A stretch of 64,000 nt of DNA from Escherichia coli (GCF_050920415.1 NZ_CP169309.1), one strand, 5' to 3'; shown: positions 1 to 10,960, counted from the stretch's first letter. The notes: generated by a model from the sequence alone, not told the origin. A program made the numbers and translations.

Positions 1-93
1 GGGGCTACCGTGTGTGAATTTTTCCGTGCGCCACCGCCACAAAATGGTCGCTCTTTTCTTTCCTCCCTCCGGTTTGCAGGAGACACCCTATGA
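1..93 (+). CDS. 3' end of upstream gene (partial; probably yhfW-like), stop overlapping php start (ATGA)
   Basis: Frame open from window edge to TGA 91-93, overlapping php ATG 90-92; no start codon in window. Confidence 0.3.
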
Positions 94-968
94 GTTTTGA
101 TCCGACGGGCTTCACCCTCGCCCATGAGCATCTGCATATTGATCTCTCCGGCTTTAAAAACAACGTGGACTGCCGCCTTGATCAGTATGCGTTCATTTGC
201 CAGGAGATGAACGACCTGATGGCACTGGGGGTGCGTAATGTGATTGAGATGACCAACCGTTACATGGGGCGCAATGCACAATTTATGCTCGATGTAATGC
301 ACGAGACGGGGATCAACGTGGTGGCCTGCACCGGTTATTACCAGGACGCGTTTTTCCCGCAACATGTGGCGACCCGCAGTGTGCAGGAACTGGCGCAGGA
401 GATGGTCGATGAAATTGAACAGGGTATCGATGGCACGGAGCTGAAAGCCGGGATCATCGCGGAGATCGGCTCCAGCGAAGGAAAGATTACGCCGCTGGAA
501 GAGAAAGTTTTTATTGCCGCCGCGCTGGCACATAACCAGACCGGACGCTCGATCTCCACGCATACGTCGTTCAGCACGATGGGGCTGGAGCAATTGGCTC
601 TGTTGCAAGCCCACGGAGTTGATCTTTCGCGCGTCACCGTTGGTCACTGCGATCTGAAAGACAACCTCGACAACATTTTGAAGATGATCGATCTCGGCGC
701 CTATGTACAGTTCGACACCATTGGCAAGAACAGTTACTACCCGGACGAAAAGCGCATTGTGATGCTTCATGCGCTACGCGACCGTGGGTTGCTGAACCGC
801 GTCATGCTGTCGATGGATATTACGCGCCGCTCTCATTTAAAAGCCAACGGTGGTTATGGCTATGACTATTTATTAACCACCTTTATTCCGCAATTGCGCC
901 AGTCAGGATTCAGTCAGGCCGATGTGGATGTGATGTTACGTGAAAATCCCTCTCAATTTTTCCAATAA
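90..968 (+). CDS. php: phosphotriesterase-homology protein
   Basis: 292-aa ORF with N-terminal HxH metal-binding motif (LAHEHLHID); matches Php/YhfV. Confidence 0.9.
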
Positions 969-978
969 GGACAGACTC

Positions 979-1332
979 ATGAAAAAGATTGGTGTTGCAG
1001 GCTTACAGCGTGAGCAGATTAAAAAAACCATTGAAGCGACGGCTCCTGGCTGTTTTGAAGTTTTCATTCATAACGACATGGAAGCGGCGATGAAGGTGAA
1101 ATCCGGGCAACTGGATTACTACATCGGCGCGTGTAATACCGGTGCGGGCGCGGCATTGTCGATTGCCATCGCGGTGATTGGCTATAACAAAAGTTGCACC
1201 ATTGCCAAGCCGGGCATTAAAGCGAAAGACGAGCATATCGCCAAAATGATCGCCGAAGGGAAAGTGGCGTTTGGGCTTTCCGTTGAGCACGTCGAACATG
1301 CGATTCCGATGCTGATTAACCATCTGAAATAA
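979..1332 (+). CDS. yhfU: DUF2620 family protein YhfU
   Basis: 117-aa product from ATG 979 with RBS aagga upstream; track ORF 940 is an over-extended start. Confidence 0.8.
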   Translation: MKKIGVAGLQREQIKKTIEATAPGCFEVFIHNDMEAAMKVKSGQLDYYIGACNTGAGAALSIAIAVIGYNKSCTIAKPGIKAKDEHIAKMIAEGKVAFGLSVEHVEHAIPMLINHLK

Positions 1333-1343
1333 AAGGCACGACT

Positions 1344-2648
1344 ATGGATCTGTATATTCAGATTATCGTGGTGGCGTGCCTGACGGGTATGACATCGCTT
1401 CTGGCGCATCGCTCGGCAGCCGTTTTTCATGACGGTATCCGCCCGATCCTGCCGCAACTGATTGAAGGCTATATGAACCGTCGTGAGGCGGGGAGTATCG
1501 CTTTTGGTCTGAGCATTGGTTTTGTGGCCTCGGTGGGGATCTCTTTTACCCTGAAAACCGGGTTGCTCAACGCATGGTTACTCTTTCTTCCTACCGATAT
1601 CCTCGGCGTACTGGCGATAAACAGCCTGATGGCGTTTGGCCTTGGTGCACTCTGGGGCGTACTGATCCTCACCTGCCTGCTGCCGGTAAACCAGCTGCTG
1701 ACCGCGCTACCGGTGGATGTATTAGGTAGTCTGGGGGAATTAAGCTCGCCAGTGGTTTCAGCTTTTGCACTGTTCCCGTTGGTGGCGATTTTCTACCAGT
1801 TTGGCTGGAAGCAAAGTCTGATCGCCGCCGTGGTAGTGTTGATGACCCGTGTGGTGGTAGTGCGCTATTTCCCGCATCTCAATCCGGAATCCATCGAAAT
1901 CTTTATTGGCATGGTGATGCTGCTGGGGATCGCGATAACTCACGACCTGCGTCATCGTGATGAAAATGATATTGATGCCAGCGGGCTTTCGGTGTTTGAA
2001 GAACGCACGTCGCGGATTATCAAAAACTTACCGTATATCGCCATCGTAGGGGCGCTGATTGCCGCAGTTGCCAGCATGAAGATTTTTGCTGGTAGTGAAG
2101 TGTCGATCTTCACCCTGGAGAAAGCATATTCCGCAGGCGTTACACCGGAGCAATCGCAAACGCTGATCAACCAGGCGGCGCTGGCGGAATTTATGCGCGG
2201 GCTGGGCTTTGTGCCGTTGATTGCCACCACCGCGTTAGCAACAGGTGTGTATGCCGTTGCGGGCTTTACCTTTGTTTATGCGGTGGGCTATCTCTCTCCG
2301 AATCCGATGGTTGCGGCGGTATTAGGCGCAGTGGTTATTTCGGCAGAAGTCCTGTTACTTCGTTCGATCGGCAAATGGCTGGGACGCTACCCATCGGTAC
2401 GTAATGCGTCGGATAACATCCGTAACGCCATGAATATGCTGATGGAAGTGGCTCTGCTGGTCGGTTCTATTTTCGCAGCAATTAAGATGGCGGGCTATAC
2501 CGGATTCTCCATCGCGGTTGCCATTTACTTCCTCAACGAATCCCTGGGCCGTCCGGTACAGAAAATGGCGGCACCGGTCGTAGCCGTAATGATCACCGGC
2601 ATCCTGCTGAATGTTCTTTACTGGCTTGGTCTGTTCGTTCCGGCTTAA
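1344..2648 (+). CDS. yhfT: inner-membrane transporter YhfT
   Basis: 434-aa highly hydrophobic multi-TM ORF, operon position after yhfU. Confidence 0.85.
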   Translation: MDLYIQIIVVACLTGMTSLLAHRSAAVFHDGIRPILPQLIEGYMNRREAGSIAFGLSIGFVASVGISFTLKTGLLNAWLLFLPTDILGVLAINSLMAFGLGALWGVLILTCLLPVNQLLTALPVDVLGSLGELSSPVVSAFALFPLVAIFYQFGWKQSLIAAVVVLMTRVVVVRYFPHLNPESIEIFIGMVMLLGIAITHDLRHRDENDIDASGLSVFEERTSRIIKNLPYIAIVGALIAAVASMKIFAGSEVSIFTLEKAYSAGVTPEQSQTLINQAALAEFMRGLGFVPLIATTALATGVYAVAGFTFVYAVGYLSPNPMVAAVLGAVVISAEVLLLRSIGKWLGRYPSVRNASDNIRNAMNMLMEVALLVGSIFAAIKMAGYTGFSIAVAIYFLNESLGRPVQKMAAPVVAVMITGILLNVLYWLGLFVPA

Positions 2649-2659
2649 GGAAGGTACCT

Positions 2660-3745
2660 ATGAAGACGTTTCCTTTGCAAAGCCTGACGCTTATTGAAGC
2701 GCAGCAAAAGCAGTTTGCGTTGGTGGATACGATTTGCCGTCATTTTCCCGGCAGCGAGTTTCTTACACGCGGGGATTTAGGCTTAACGCCAGGGCTGAAT
2801 CAACCGCGTATTACTCAGCGTGTGGAGCAGGTGCTGGCTGATGCGTTTCATGCGCCAGCGGCGGCGCTGGTACAGGGCGCAGGTACTGGAGCGATTCGTG
2901 CGGCGCTGGCAGCTTTGCTCAAACCGGGGCAGCGTCTTCTGGTGCATGACGCGCCGGTTTACCCGACGACTCAGGTCATTATTGCGCAGATGGGGCTGAC
3001 GCTTATCACTGCTGATTTTAATGACCTGTCGGCACTGAAGCAGGTCGTCGACGAGCAACAACCAGATGCCGCGCTGGTGCAGCATACGCGCCAACAGCCG
3101 CAGGACAGCTATGTGCTGGCAGATGTGCTGGCAACATTGCGTTCGGCTGGCGTTCCTGCGTTAACCGATGACAATTATGCGGTGATGAAGGTGGCTCGAA
3201 TTGGCTGCGAATGCGGCGCGAATGTTTCGACATTCTCCTGTTTCAAGCTGTTTGGACCAGAGGGTGTTGGCGCAGTGGTAGGTGATGCCGATGTTATTAA
3301 CCGGATCCGCGCCACGCTCTATTCCGGCGGCAGTCAGATCCAGGGCGCACAGGCGCTGGAAGTATTGCGTGGTCTGGTGTTTGCGCCAGTCATGCACGCG
3401 GTGCAGGCGGGGGTATCTGAACGGTTGCTGGATTTACTTAACGGTGGCGCGGTGGCGGAAGTTAAAAGCGCCGTTATTGCCAATGCGCAGTCGAAGGTGT
3501 TGATTGTGGAGTTTCATCAACCGATTGCCGCCAGAGTGCTTGAAGAGGCGCAAAAGCGCGGCGCGTTGCCTTACCCGGTCGGCGCAGAGTCAAAATATGA
3601 AATCCCGCCGCTCTTTTATCGACTTTCCGGAACGTTTCGTCAGGCGAATCCGCAATTAGAACATTGTGCAATTCGCATTAACCCGAATCGCAGCGGTGAT
3701 GAGACGGTATTGCGGATTTTGCGCGAGAGTATTGCCAGCGTTTAA
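2660..3745 (+). CDS. yhfS: putative PLP-dependent aminotransferase-like protein YhfS
   Basis: 361-aa ORF, last gene of php-yhfUTS cluster. Confidence 0.85.
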   Translation: MKTFPLQSLTLIEAQQKQFALVDTICRHFPGSEFLTRGDLGLTPGLNQPRITQRVEQVLADAFHAPAAALVQGAGTGAIRAALAALLKPGQRLLVHDAPVYPTTQVIIAQMGLTLITADFNDLSALKQVVDEQQPDAALVQHTRQQPQDSYVLADVLATLRSAGVPALTDDNYAVMKVARIGCECGANVSTFSCFKLFGPEGVGAVVGDADVINRIRATLYSGGSQIQGAQALEVLRGLVFAPVMHAVQAGVSERLLDLLNGGAVAEVKSAVIANAQSKVLIVEFHQPIAARVLEEAQKRGALPYPVGAESKYEIPPLFYRLSGTFRQANPQLEHCAIRINPNRSGDETVLRILRESIASV

Positions 3746-3783
3746 TTCTGGGAACGATGTTTTCGCAGAGGATGGAGAAAAAT

Positions 3784-3809
3784 ACGCCCTCGGAAAATTC
3801 AGAGGGCGT
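3784..3809. terminator. hairpin between convergent yhfS and yhfL (T-run on minus strand: yhfL terminator)
   Basis: acgccctc-N10-gagggcgt inverted repeat; on minus strand followed by ATTTTTCT. Confidence 0.5.
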
Positions 3810-3849
3810 TAGCTCATTAAATCGGTGTTAGCCGATTTCTGTCAGAGAC

Positions 3850-4017
3850 TTACTGTGCAGTAGGACCGCAACCGCCAATGATTTTAGAAATAGAAATTGC
3901 CGGGTGCAGCAGGTAGTCGTAAGAGCAGTTCTTATCACGGTTTTCAATATGACCAGTACATGCAGTTAACGTAGCCAGTACTGCACCTACCAGTGCAACT
4001 TTAATAAATTTGTTCAT
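3850..4017 (-). CDS. yhfL: small lipoprotein YhfL (55 aa)
   Basis: Hand-translated: MNKFIKVALVGAVLATLTACTGHIENRDKNCSYDYLLHPAISISKIIGGCGPTAQ; lipobox LTAC; below track size cutoff. Confidence 0.85.
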   Translation of the reverse strand: MNKFIKVALVGAVLATLTACTGHIENRDKNCSYDYLLHPAISISKIIGGCGPTAQ

Positions 4018-4214
4018 TTACATTCCCTATGTATTATATATTAATTAATATTCATTGATTATATGAATATAAGCGGACTGCTCATAAAGAACGATACAGG
4101 AATATTTAATTGGCGTCAGTGAGTGAATGACTTAATTTTGTAAGTCGCTGTAACGGTGAATATAATCCATTAGCAAATGATATTTATTAAGAGGGTATGC
4201 TTTATTTGCTGAAT

Positions 4215-4256
4215 ATATAAAAAGAGTGATAAAGAGGGCCAGAATTATCTGGCCCG
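4215..4256 (-). terminator. cysG rho-independent terminator
   Basis: gggccag-aattat-ctggccc hairpin followed on minus strand by T-rich tract. Confidence 0.5.
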
Positions 4257-4263
4257 GGTAAAA

Positions 4264-5637
4264 TTAATGGTTAGAGAACCAGTTCAATTTATCGCGCAGG
4301 CCAACGACCCGACCAATAATAATTAATGAGGGACTGTTCATTTGCTGCGCCAGCTCGCCCAGTTGCGTGAGCGTACCGTCAATCACGCGTTGCGTTACCG
4401 CCGTACCGTTTTCGACAATCGCCACCGGCATTTCGCAAGGCATTCCGTGTTCAATCAGTTTTTGCTGAATGGTCGCGGCCTGATTAAGCCCCATATAGAA
4501 CACCAGCGTCTGTTTTTCGGCTGCCAGGTTTTCCCAGTCCAGCTCGCCACCGGTTTTTAAGTGTCCGGTAATTAAGCGTACGCTCTGAGCATAATCGCGA
4601 TGCGTGAGCGGAATGCCCGAATAGGCAGAGCAACCAGACGCTGCGGTAATACCTGGAACCACCGAGAACGGAATGCCTGCATTGCACAGTGTTTCCAGCT
4701 CTTCGCCACCACGGCCAAAAATAAACGGATCGCCGCCTTTCAGCCGCACCACGCGTTTGCCTTTTTGCGCTTCCCGCAGCAGGATCTGGTTAATCTCTTC
4801 CTGCGGTACGCAGTGGTATCCCGCGCGTTTGCCGACGAAAACGCGATCAGCATCGCGGCGTACCAGATTCATAATATCGTCAGAAACCAGACGGTCGTAG
4901 ACCACCACATCTGCCTGCTGAATTTGTTGCAGTCCTTTTAGTGTCAGCAGACCGGCATCGCCCGGACCTGCGCCAACCAGCACCACTTCACCGCGATGAT
5001 CGAGCGGTTCATTGATTAACTGTTCGGTCGTTTCGGTAATGGCTTTCTGATCGTTGTTCGCCAGCGACTGCGCCAGGCGATCATTAACGAACAGTTTTTC
5101 CCAGAAACGGCGACGTTCACCCATCGTGGCGAACTGTCGTTTGACCCGACCGCGTAACTGCCCCGCATATTTTGCTACCTGGCCGAGATGCAGCGGCAGC
5201 AGTGATTCAAGTTTTTCGCGCAACAGTCGCGCCAGAACCGGAGAGGTGCCGCCAGAGGAGACCGCTACCATGAGCGGGGAGCGGTCAATAATCGACGGCA
5301 TAATAAAGCTGGCGGCTTTCGGCGCATCGACCACGTTACAGAAGATACGACGAGATTCGGCGGCTTCGCTGACACGCTGGTTAAGCGCGTCATCATCCGT
5401 CGCCGCAATTGCCAGCCAGCAGGTGTCGAGAAGGCTTTCATCAAATGGCCCTTCGACGAGGGTTAACATGCCTGCATCTGCCCATGCGGTGAACTGTGGA
5501 ATAAACGCTAATGCATTCACCGTTAAGCGAGCACCTGCGTCTAACAGCAACCTTGCTTTGCGTTCCGCGACATCACCACCGCCGACAATCAAACAGTCGC
5601 GGTCGCGTAATTGGCAAAATATAGGCAAATGATCCAC
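4264..5637 (-). CDS. cysG: siroheme synthase (uroporphyrinogen-III methyltransferase / precorrin-2 dehydrogenase / ferrochelatase)
   Basis: 457-aa ORF; N-terminal GGGDVA Rossmann motif, C-terminal methyltransferase domain. Confidence 0.95.
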   Translation of the reverse strand: MDHLPIFCQLRDRDCLIVGGGDVAERKARLLLDAGARLTVNALAFIPQFTAWADAGMLTLVEGPFDESLLDTCWLAIAATDDDALNQRVSEAAESRRIFCNVVDAPKAASFIMPSIIDRSPLMVAVSSGGTSPVLARLLREKLESLLPLHLGQVAKYAGQLRGRVKRQFATMGERRRFWEKLFVNDRLAQSLANNDQKAITETTEQLINEPLDHRGEVVLVGAGPGDAGLLTLKGLQQIQQADVVVYDRLVSDDIMNLVRRDADRVFVGKRAGYHCVPQEEINQILLREAQKGKRVVRLKGGDPFIFGRGGEELETLCNAGIPFSVVPGITAASGCSAYSGIPLTHRDYAQSVRLITGHLKTGGELDWENLAAEKQTLVFYMGLNQAATIQQKLIEHGMPCEMPVAIVENGTAVTQRVIDGTLTQLGELAQQMNSPSLIIIGRVVGLRDKLNWFSNH

Positions 5638-5655
5638 GTAAAAACCCCTTAATAA

Positions 5656-6462
5656 TTAACCGGCAGCCGTTTCAGTTTGATTAAATTTGTCCGCAACCGG
5701 ACGATTAGCTTTCGGCGTAGCATACCAATAACCCAATCCCATGAATACGGCACCCGATAAAGTATTACCCAGCGTCACCCACAGCAGGTTATGACCAATA
5801 CCCGCCAGCGTGTAGGCTTCGCTGTGGTTGCCGAACCATGAGAGCGCGAACAGCGTCATGTTAGCGATGGAGTGCTCGTAACCGGACGCAATAAACGCCA
5901 GCAGACACCACCAGATTGCGATAAATTTCGCCGCGCCTTCAGTACGCAGTGCCATCCAGATTGCCAGACAAACCAGCCAGTTACACAATGCGCCTTTGAA
6001 GAACAGTACCATTGCCGGTGCGGTGGTTTTAGCCAGCGCGACGGAGTGAACAATACTGGTATCTACTGGCAAAAGGCTACCACCGCCCCAGCTATAAAGC
6101 ATGGCAACAAAGACGGAACCGACCAGGTTACCCAGCCAGGTTTGCGGCAGGATTGCCCACATTTGCCCGTGGCTAATGGTGCCCGCTTTCACCCCAAAGG
6201 TGAGGAACATGGTGTGTCCGGTGAACAGTTCAGAACCGGCGATAATGACCAGCGTTAAGGCGATACCAAAGGTCGCGCCCATCACCAGAGGACGTACGGA
6301 CGGATCGAGCAAATTACCGAGCGTGAAAATCAGGATGATCCCCAGCCCCACATACGCGCCCGCCATCGCGGAGCTTACCCAGAAGCCGAGCGGGTTATTT
6401 GCCGACAGGCGTGCAATGCGCGCAGCGTTAGCCGCACACTTATTAATAGTGTCTGTAAACAT
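5656..6462 (-). CDS. nirC: nitrite transporter (FNT family)
   Basis: 268-aa membrane ORF downstream of nirBD. Confidence 0.95.
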   Translation of the reverse strand: MFTDTINKCAANAARIARLSANNPLGFWVSSAMAGAYVGLGIILIFTLGNLLDPSVRPLVMGATFGIALTLVIIAGSELFTGHTMFLTFGVKAGTISHGQMWAILPQTWLGNLVGSVFVAMLYSWGGGSLLPVDTSIVHSVALAKTTAPAMVLFFKGALCNWLVCLAIWMALRTEGAAKFIAIWWCLLAFIASGYEHSIANMTLFALSWFGNHSEAYTLAGIGHNLLWVTLGNTLSGAVFMGLGYWYATPKANRPVADKFNQTETAAG

Positions 6463-6556
6463 TTGATTATCCTTTAAAAAATAAAAACAAAAAATAAAAC
6501 AAAAAGTTTAAAAAATGTCCTGCAATATACTTAAGGTCATTACAGGACAATGCAAA

Positions 6557-6580
6557 AAGGGGAGGCATTGCGCCTCCCGT
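6557..6580 (-). other. nirD-nirC intercistronic hairpin
   Basis: gggaggc-attgc-gcctccc inverted repeat. Confidence 0.4.
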
Positions 6581-6588
6581 TAAAACAA

Positions 6589-6915
6589 TTAACCGCGTAG
6601 CTGTACCACGCCGTCTTTCACTCGTGCCTCGTAATGCTTGACGGAAAACTGTTCATCTTCCATGCATAAACCGTCGCTTAAGCGAAAACGCTGTTTTTTC
6701 AGCGGACTGGCGACCCACAGCTCGCCCTGGTGTTCCGCAATCAGCCCGCGTGACAGCACGCTGGATTCGAAGAACGGATCGATGTTGCTGATCGCAAACA
6801 CCTGGTCGCTGTGATACGGGCGGAAAATCGCTACCTGCTCGTCACCTAACAGCGCGCAGACGCCGGTTTCAGGCAGGATGTCATCAATTTTGCAGATGTC
6901 TTTCCACTGGCTCAT
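6589..6915 (-). CDS. nirD: nitrite reductase small subunit
   Basis: 108-aa ORF overlapping nirB stop. Confidence 0.95.
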   Translation of the reverse strand: MSQWKDICKIDDILPETGVCALLGDEQVAIFRPYHSDQVFAISNIDPFFESSVLSRGLIAEHQGELWVASPLKKQRFRLSDGLCMEDEQFSVKHYEARVKDGVVQLRG

Positions 6916-9455
6916 GCGTTGTCCTCCACCAGAGTTACCGGGATACGTTCATACGGCGTTGCCGGACGGTGCTGTTCGCGCTCTGGCACCATCTGCACGT
7001 TCGGGTCACGCTTGTCGCTGTTGATGAAGTGTTTGAAGCGAATCTGCGCGGACGGTGTATTGACCGTTTCAGTCCACTCACACACTACCGCTTCACGCAG
7101 GCGCGCCATCTCTTCTTCCAGATGTGCGTTCAGCCCCAGCTTGTCGTCAATGATCACCGCTTTCAGGTAATCGATGCCGCCTTCGAGGTTTTCTAACCAC
7201 GGTGCGGTACGCGTCAGTTTGTCGGCAGTACGGATGTAGAACATCATGAAGCGGTCAAGATATTTGATCAGCGTTTCGCGATCGATATCCGCTGCCAGCA
7301 GATCCGCATGACGCGGTTTCATGCCGCCGTTACCGCACACATACAGGTTCCAGCCTTTTTCGGTGGCGATAATACCTACGTCTTTACCCTGAGCTTCTGA
7401 ACATTCACGGGTACAGCCGGAGACACCGAACTTCATTTTGTGCGGCGTACGGATGCCTTTGTAGCGGTTTTCCAGTTCCACGCCGAGGCCGACGCTGTCG
7501 CCAACGCCATAGCGGCACCAGGTGCTACCCACGCAGGTTTTCGCCATACGCAGTGCTTTCGCATAGGCATGACCGGTTTCGAAACCTGCTTCAATCAGCT
7601 GACGCCAGATCTCCGGCAGATCGTCTTTCTGTGCGCCAAACATCGCCAGACGCTGGGAGCCGGTGATTTTGGTGTAGAGATTAAATTCACGCGCGATACG
7701 ACCCACTGCCATCAGCCCTTCTGGGGTGATTTCACCACCCGGAGAACGCGGGATCACCGAGTAGGTGCCGTCTTTCTGGATGTTAGCGAGGAAGTTGTCG
7801 TTAGAATCCTGCAGCGGAGTATGTTCCGGCTTCAGAATGTATTCGTTCCAGCAGGAGGCCAGCAGCGAACCGACGGTCGGTTTACAAACCTCACAACCGT
7901 AGCCTTTACCGTGTTTCGCCAGCAGTTCTTCGAAGGTTTTAATGCCTTCAACGCGGATCAAATGGAACAGTTCCTGACGCGAATAAGCAAAGTGTTCGCA
8001 CAGGTTATTGTTAACTTCGATACCCTGTTTTGCCAGTTCCGCGTTCAGTACCTGAGTGACCAGCGGGATACAGCCACCGCAGCCAGTACCCGCTTTGGTT
8101 TCGGCTTTCAGCGCCGCAACGGTGTGGCAGCCTTTGTTGATGGCAGCAATCAGATCGCCTTTGGTGACGTCGAAGCAGGAGCAGATTTGCGCGCTGTCCG
8201 GCAGTTTATCAACACCAATAGACGGCTTGCCGCTACCTGAGTGCGCCGGCAGGATCAGGGAATCCGGGTTTTCCGGCAGTTCGATTGCGTTCAGCACCAG
8301 TTGCAGCAGGTTACCGTAGTCGCTGGTATCACCCACCAGTACTGCACCGAGCAGGGTTTTGTTGTCTTCGCTGACAATCAGGCGTTTGTAGATCTCTTTA
8401 CTTTCGTCGAGGTAAACGTAGCTACGTGCGCCAGGCGTGCGACCGTGAGCATCGCCAATACCGCCTACGTCTACGCCAAGCAGTTTCAGCTTGGCGCTAA
8501 GGTCAGCACCTTCAAAGGCGTTTTCGCTACCGAGAATATGGTCAACGGCGACCTGCGCCATTTTGTAGCCAGGTGCTACCAGACCAAATACACGGTTGTT
8601 CCAGCTTGCGCATTCACCGATGGCGTAGATATCTGGATCGGAAGTCTGGCAGGAATCATTAATGACGATACCCCCACGAGGAGCAACGTCCAGACCACAC
8701 TGGGTTGCCAGCTTATCGCGCGGACGGATACCGGTAGAGAAGACGATAAAGTCGACTTCCAGTTCGCTGCCGTCGGCAAAACGCATGGTTTTACGCGCTT
8801 CGACACCTTCCTGCACAATCTCAAGAGTGTTTTTGCTGGTGTGAACGCGTACACCCATGCTTTCGATTTTGCGACGCAATTGCTCGCCGCCCATCTGATC
8901 AAGCTGTTCCGCCATCAGCATAGGGGCAAATTCGATAACGTGGGTTTCAATGCCTAAGTTTTTCAGCGCGCCAGCGGCTTCCAGACCTAACAGGCCGCCG
9001 CCAACAACGGCACCGCGCTTACTGCGACGGGCGCAGGATTCAATGGCGTTGAGGTCTTCAATGGTGCGATAGACAAAGCAGTCCTGAGTATCAGAACCTT
9101 TGATTGGCGGGATCCACGGATAGGAACCGGTCGCCATGATCAGCTTGTCATAAAAAACGGTACGTCCGGCGCTGGAGTGAATCACCTTCTCCTGACGGTT
9201 GATGGTGATAGCGCGTTCGCCGACCAGAACTTTAATACCGTGTTTTTCGTAAAAGCCTTCGCGCACCAGCGACAGCTCTTCGGCGGTGTGGTGAGAGAAG
9301 TAAGACGAGAGGTGTACGCGGTCATAAGCGATGCGCGGTTCTTCACAGAAAACGGTAATATCAAAGTTGGCCGCATCAGATTTATCAAGAAGATCTTCGA
9401 TAAAGCGATGGCCGACCATACCGTTACCGATAATTGCGAGTCTGACTTTGCTCAT
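6912..9455 (-). CDS. nirB: NADH-dependent nitrite reductase large subunit
   Basis: 847-aa ORF; N-terminal FAD/NAD Rossmann (IIGNGMVG), Cys clusters for siroheme/Fe-S. Confidence 0.97.
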   Translation of the reverse strand: MSKVRLAIIGNGMVGHRFIEDLLDKSDAANFDITVFCEEPRIAYDRVHLSSYFSHHTAEELSLVREGFYEKHGIKVLVGERAITINRQEKVIHSSAGRTVFYDKLIMATGSYPWIPPIKGSDTQDCFVYRTIEDLNAIESCARRSKRGAVVGGGLLGLEAAGALKNLGIETHVIEFAPMLMAEQLDQMGGEQLRRKIESMGVRVHTSKNTLEIVQEGVEARKTMRFADGSELEVDFIVFSTGIRPRDKLATQCGLDVAPRGGIVINDSCQTSDPDIYAIGECASWNNRVFGLVAPGYKMAQVAVDHILGSENAFEGADLSAKLKLLGVDVGGIGDAHGRTPGARSYVYLDESKEIYKRLIVSEDNKTLLGAVLVGDTSDYGNLLQLVLNAIELPENPDSLILPAHSGSGKPSIGVDKLPDSAQICSCFDVTKGDLIAAINKGCHTVAALKAETKAGTGCGGCIPLVTQVLNAELAKQGIEVNNNLCEHFAYSRQELFHLIRVEGIKTFEELLAKHGKGYGCEVCKPTVGSLLASCWNEYILKPEHTPLQDSNDNFLANIQKDGTYSVIPRSPGGEITPEGLMAVGRIAREFNLYTKITGSQRLAMFGAQKDDLPEIWRQLIEAGFETGHAYAKALRMAKTCVGSTWCRYGVGDSVGLGVELENRYKGIRTPHKMKFGVSGCTRECSEAQGKDVGIIATEKGWNLYVCGNGGMKPRHADLLAADIDRETLIKYLDRFMMFYIRTADKLTRTAPWLENLEGGIDYLKAVIIDDKLGLNAHLEEEMARLREAVVCEWTETVNTPSAQIRFKHFINSDKRDPNVQMVPEREQHRPATPYERIPVTLVEDNA

Positions 9456-9513
9456 TTTTGCCTCGATTTCTTTTCTATTACCGCCTACCTTAACGATTCA
9501 GCAACCCCGCTTA

Positions 9514-9527
9514 TTGATGTAAATCAA
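9514..9527 (-). promoter_or_regulatory. FNR binding site of nirB promoter (TTGAT-N4-ATCAA)
   Basis: ttgatgtaaatcaa about 60 bp upstream of nirB ATG. Confidence 0.65.
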
Positions 9528-9540
9528 ATTCACCTTTATA

Positions 9541-9556
9541 TACTCCTTAAGAGGTA
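9541..9556 (-). promoter_or_regulatory. NarL/NarP 7-2-7 heptamer pair of nirB promoter
   Basis: tactcct-ta-agaggta inverted heptamers (TACYYMT type). Confidence 0.5.
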
Positions 9557-9716
9557 TATTGCTGATTTGTATAAATTTTCTTAAGTCACGGAATTGTCTG
9601 ACATTTCATTCGTGTGCAAAAAATAGACAAAATGAAAGGGTTTATAGAAATAGACGTACGTAGCGGGGTAAGTGAGGAAAAGGCCGGACGACGATAGCGC
9701 CGCCCGGCATGAGCAA

Positions 9717-10898
9717 TTAATGAGAGGTCAGGGTGTTATGCTGACGGTGACGGCTGACGAAACCTAACAGGAAGCACATCACAAAGACGACAGCGTACAG
9801 ACCGTTTGCCGTCAGCAGCGCCGCCTTTGGACCGCTATGTTCAACAATCGGGCCGGTAACGACAAAGGTCAGCATGGTACCGATGGTCCCGCAGGTCAGG
9901 ACAAAGTTAACCAGTTTTGGTGACGGTACTTTGGTTTGCTGTGAACCCAGGGTGATGATGGTGGTATAGATCGCGCTGGAGAAGAAGCCCAGGGCGAGAA
10001 TTGACCACGCCATATGTGCCGGTGTTCCGGTGTTAAAGACGTACATTAGAATCGCAGCCAGACCGGCCAGTACGGTCAGAATACGTTGCAAATCAAAGAA
10101 GCGAAGAATAAAGCTGAACGCCCACATGCCGACCATATAGGACATCCAGAAGTTACTCACCAGCGTACCTGCGTCGTTCAGGCTCATGCCCAGGCCTTTG
10201 GCATACTCTGGTACCCAGGAGATAAAACCTAACTGACCGAGGATGTAGCACAGCGCCGCAACAGAGAGAAACAGCACGCCGATCCCCCATTTTTCTTTCG
10301 CTACCGGAGCATCCGTTTTTGGTGCATGTTTGCCCAGTGCCGGAAACTCACAGCCGAAGGTCAGAATAAAAATAGCGACGTAAACCAGCCCGATGCAGGC
10401 ATAAACCCAGTACCACTCAATGCTGCGCGCCAGCAGAAACGCGGCGATCATTGGGAAAATCATCCCTGCCATACTGAAGAAGGAGTCGGTAAATAACAGG
10501 CGAGAACCGCGCTGACGCCCTTCATACATTTGTGTTATCAGGAATGTACCAATCGACATAGTGATACCGCTGACCACCCCGAGAATGAACATCGCTGCCG
10601 AGAAAAGCGCCAGGCTGTGGCTAAACATCAAACCAGCAACCGCTAGCACCATCAGGAGAAAGCCAAAACGTAACTGCGTTTTTAACGGGACGATTTCCAT
10701 CAGCCAGGCATTGAGGAAGATAGAGATTAAAATGCCAGCATTGAGGAAGGTGAAGGTGTTACTCATACTGGAAACAGGCAGATTGAAATAATCGGCGATA
10801 TTTCCCATCACCATCCCGGTGACAATAACCAACGCACCCGTCAGTGCGTAGGAGAGAAAGCTAATCCATGTGAGCTTGATGCGATTGCTGTTAGTCAT
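9717..10898 (-). CDS. tsgA: MFS transporter TsgA
   Basis: 393-aa 12-TM-like ORF between nirB and ppiA. Confidence 0.9.
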   Translation of the reverse strand: MTNSNRIKLTWISFLSYALTGALVIVTGMVMGNIADYFNLPVSSMSNTFTFLNAGILISIFLNAWLMEIVPLKTQLRFGFLLMVLAVAGLMFSHSLALFSAAMFILGVVSGITMSIGTFLITQMYEGRQRGSRLLFTDSFFSMAGMIFPMIAAFLLARSIEWYWVYACIGLVYVAIFILTFGCEFPALGKHAPKTDAPVAKEKWGIGVLFLSVAALCYILGQLGFISWVPEYAKGLGMSLNDAGTLVSNFWMSYMVGMWAFSFILRFFDLQRILTVLAGLAAILMYVFNTGTPAHMAWSILALGFFSSAIYTTIITLGSQQTKVPSPKLVNFVLTCGTIGTMLTFVVTGPIVEHSGPKAALLTANGLYAVVFVMCFLLGFVSRHRQHNTLTSH

Positions 10899-10960
10899 GA
10901 TTGGCCTGCGTTCAAAAATAAAATGGCATAGCGGGATATGCCGCGAGCGGGCGATTTTAG

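Noticed and set aside
3746-4263. Possible mobile-element scar or island boundary at the yhfS/yhfL/cysG junction (AT-rich 4018-4263)
   Set aside because: No transposase or integrase ORF, no inverted or direct repeats, no tRNA. The AT-rich stretch is the yhfL promoter and cysG terminator region.
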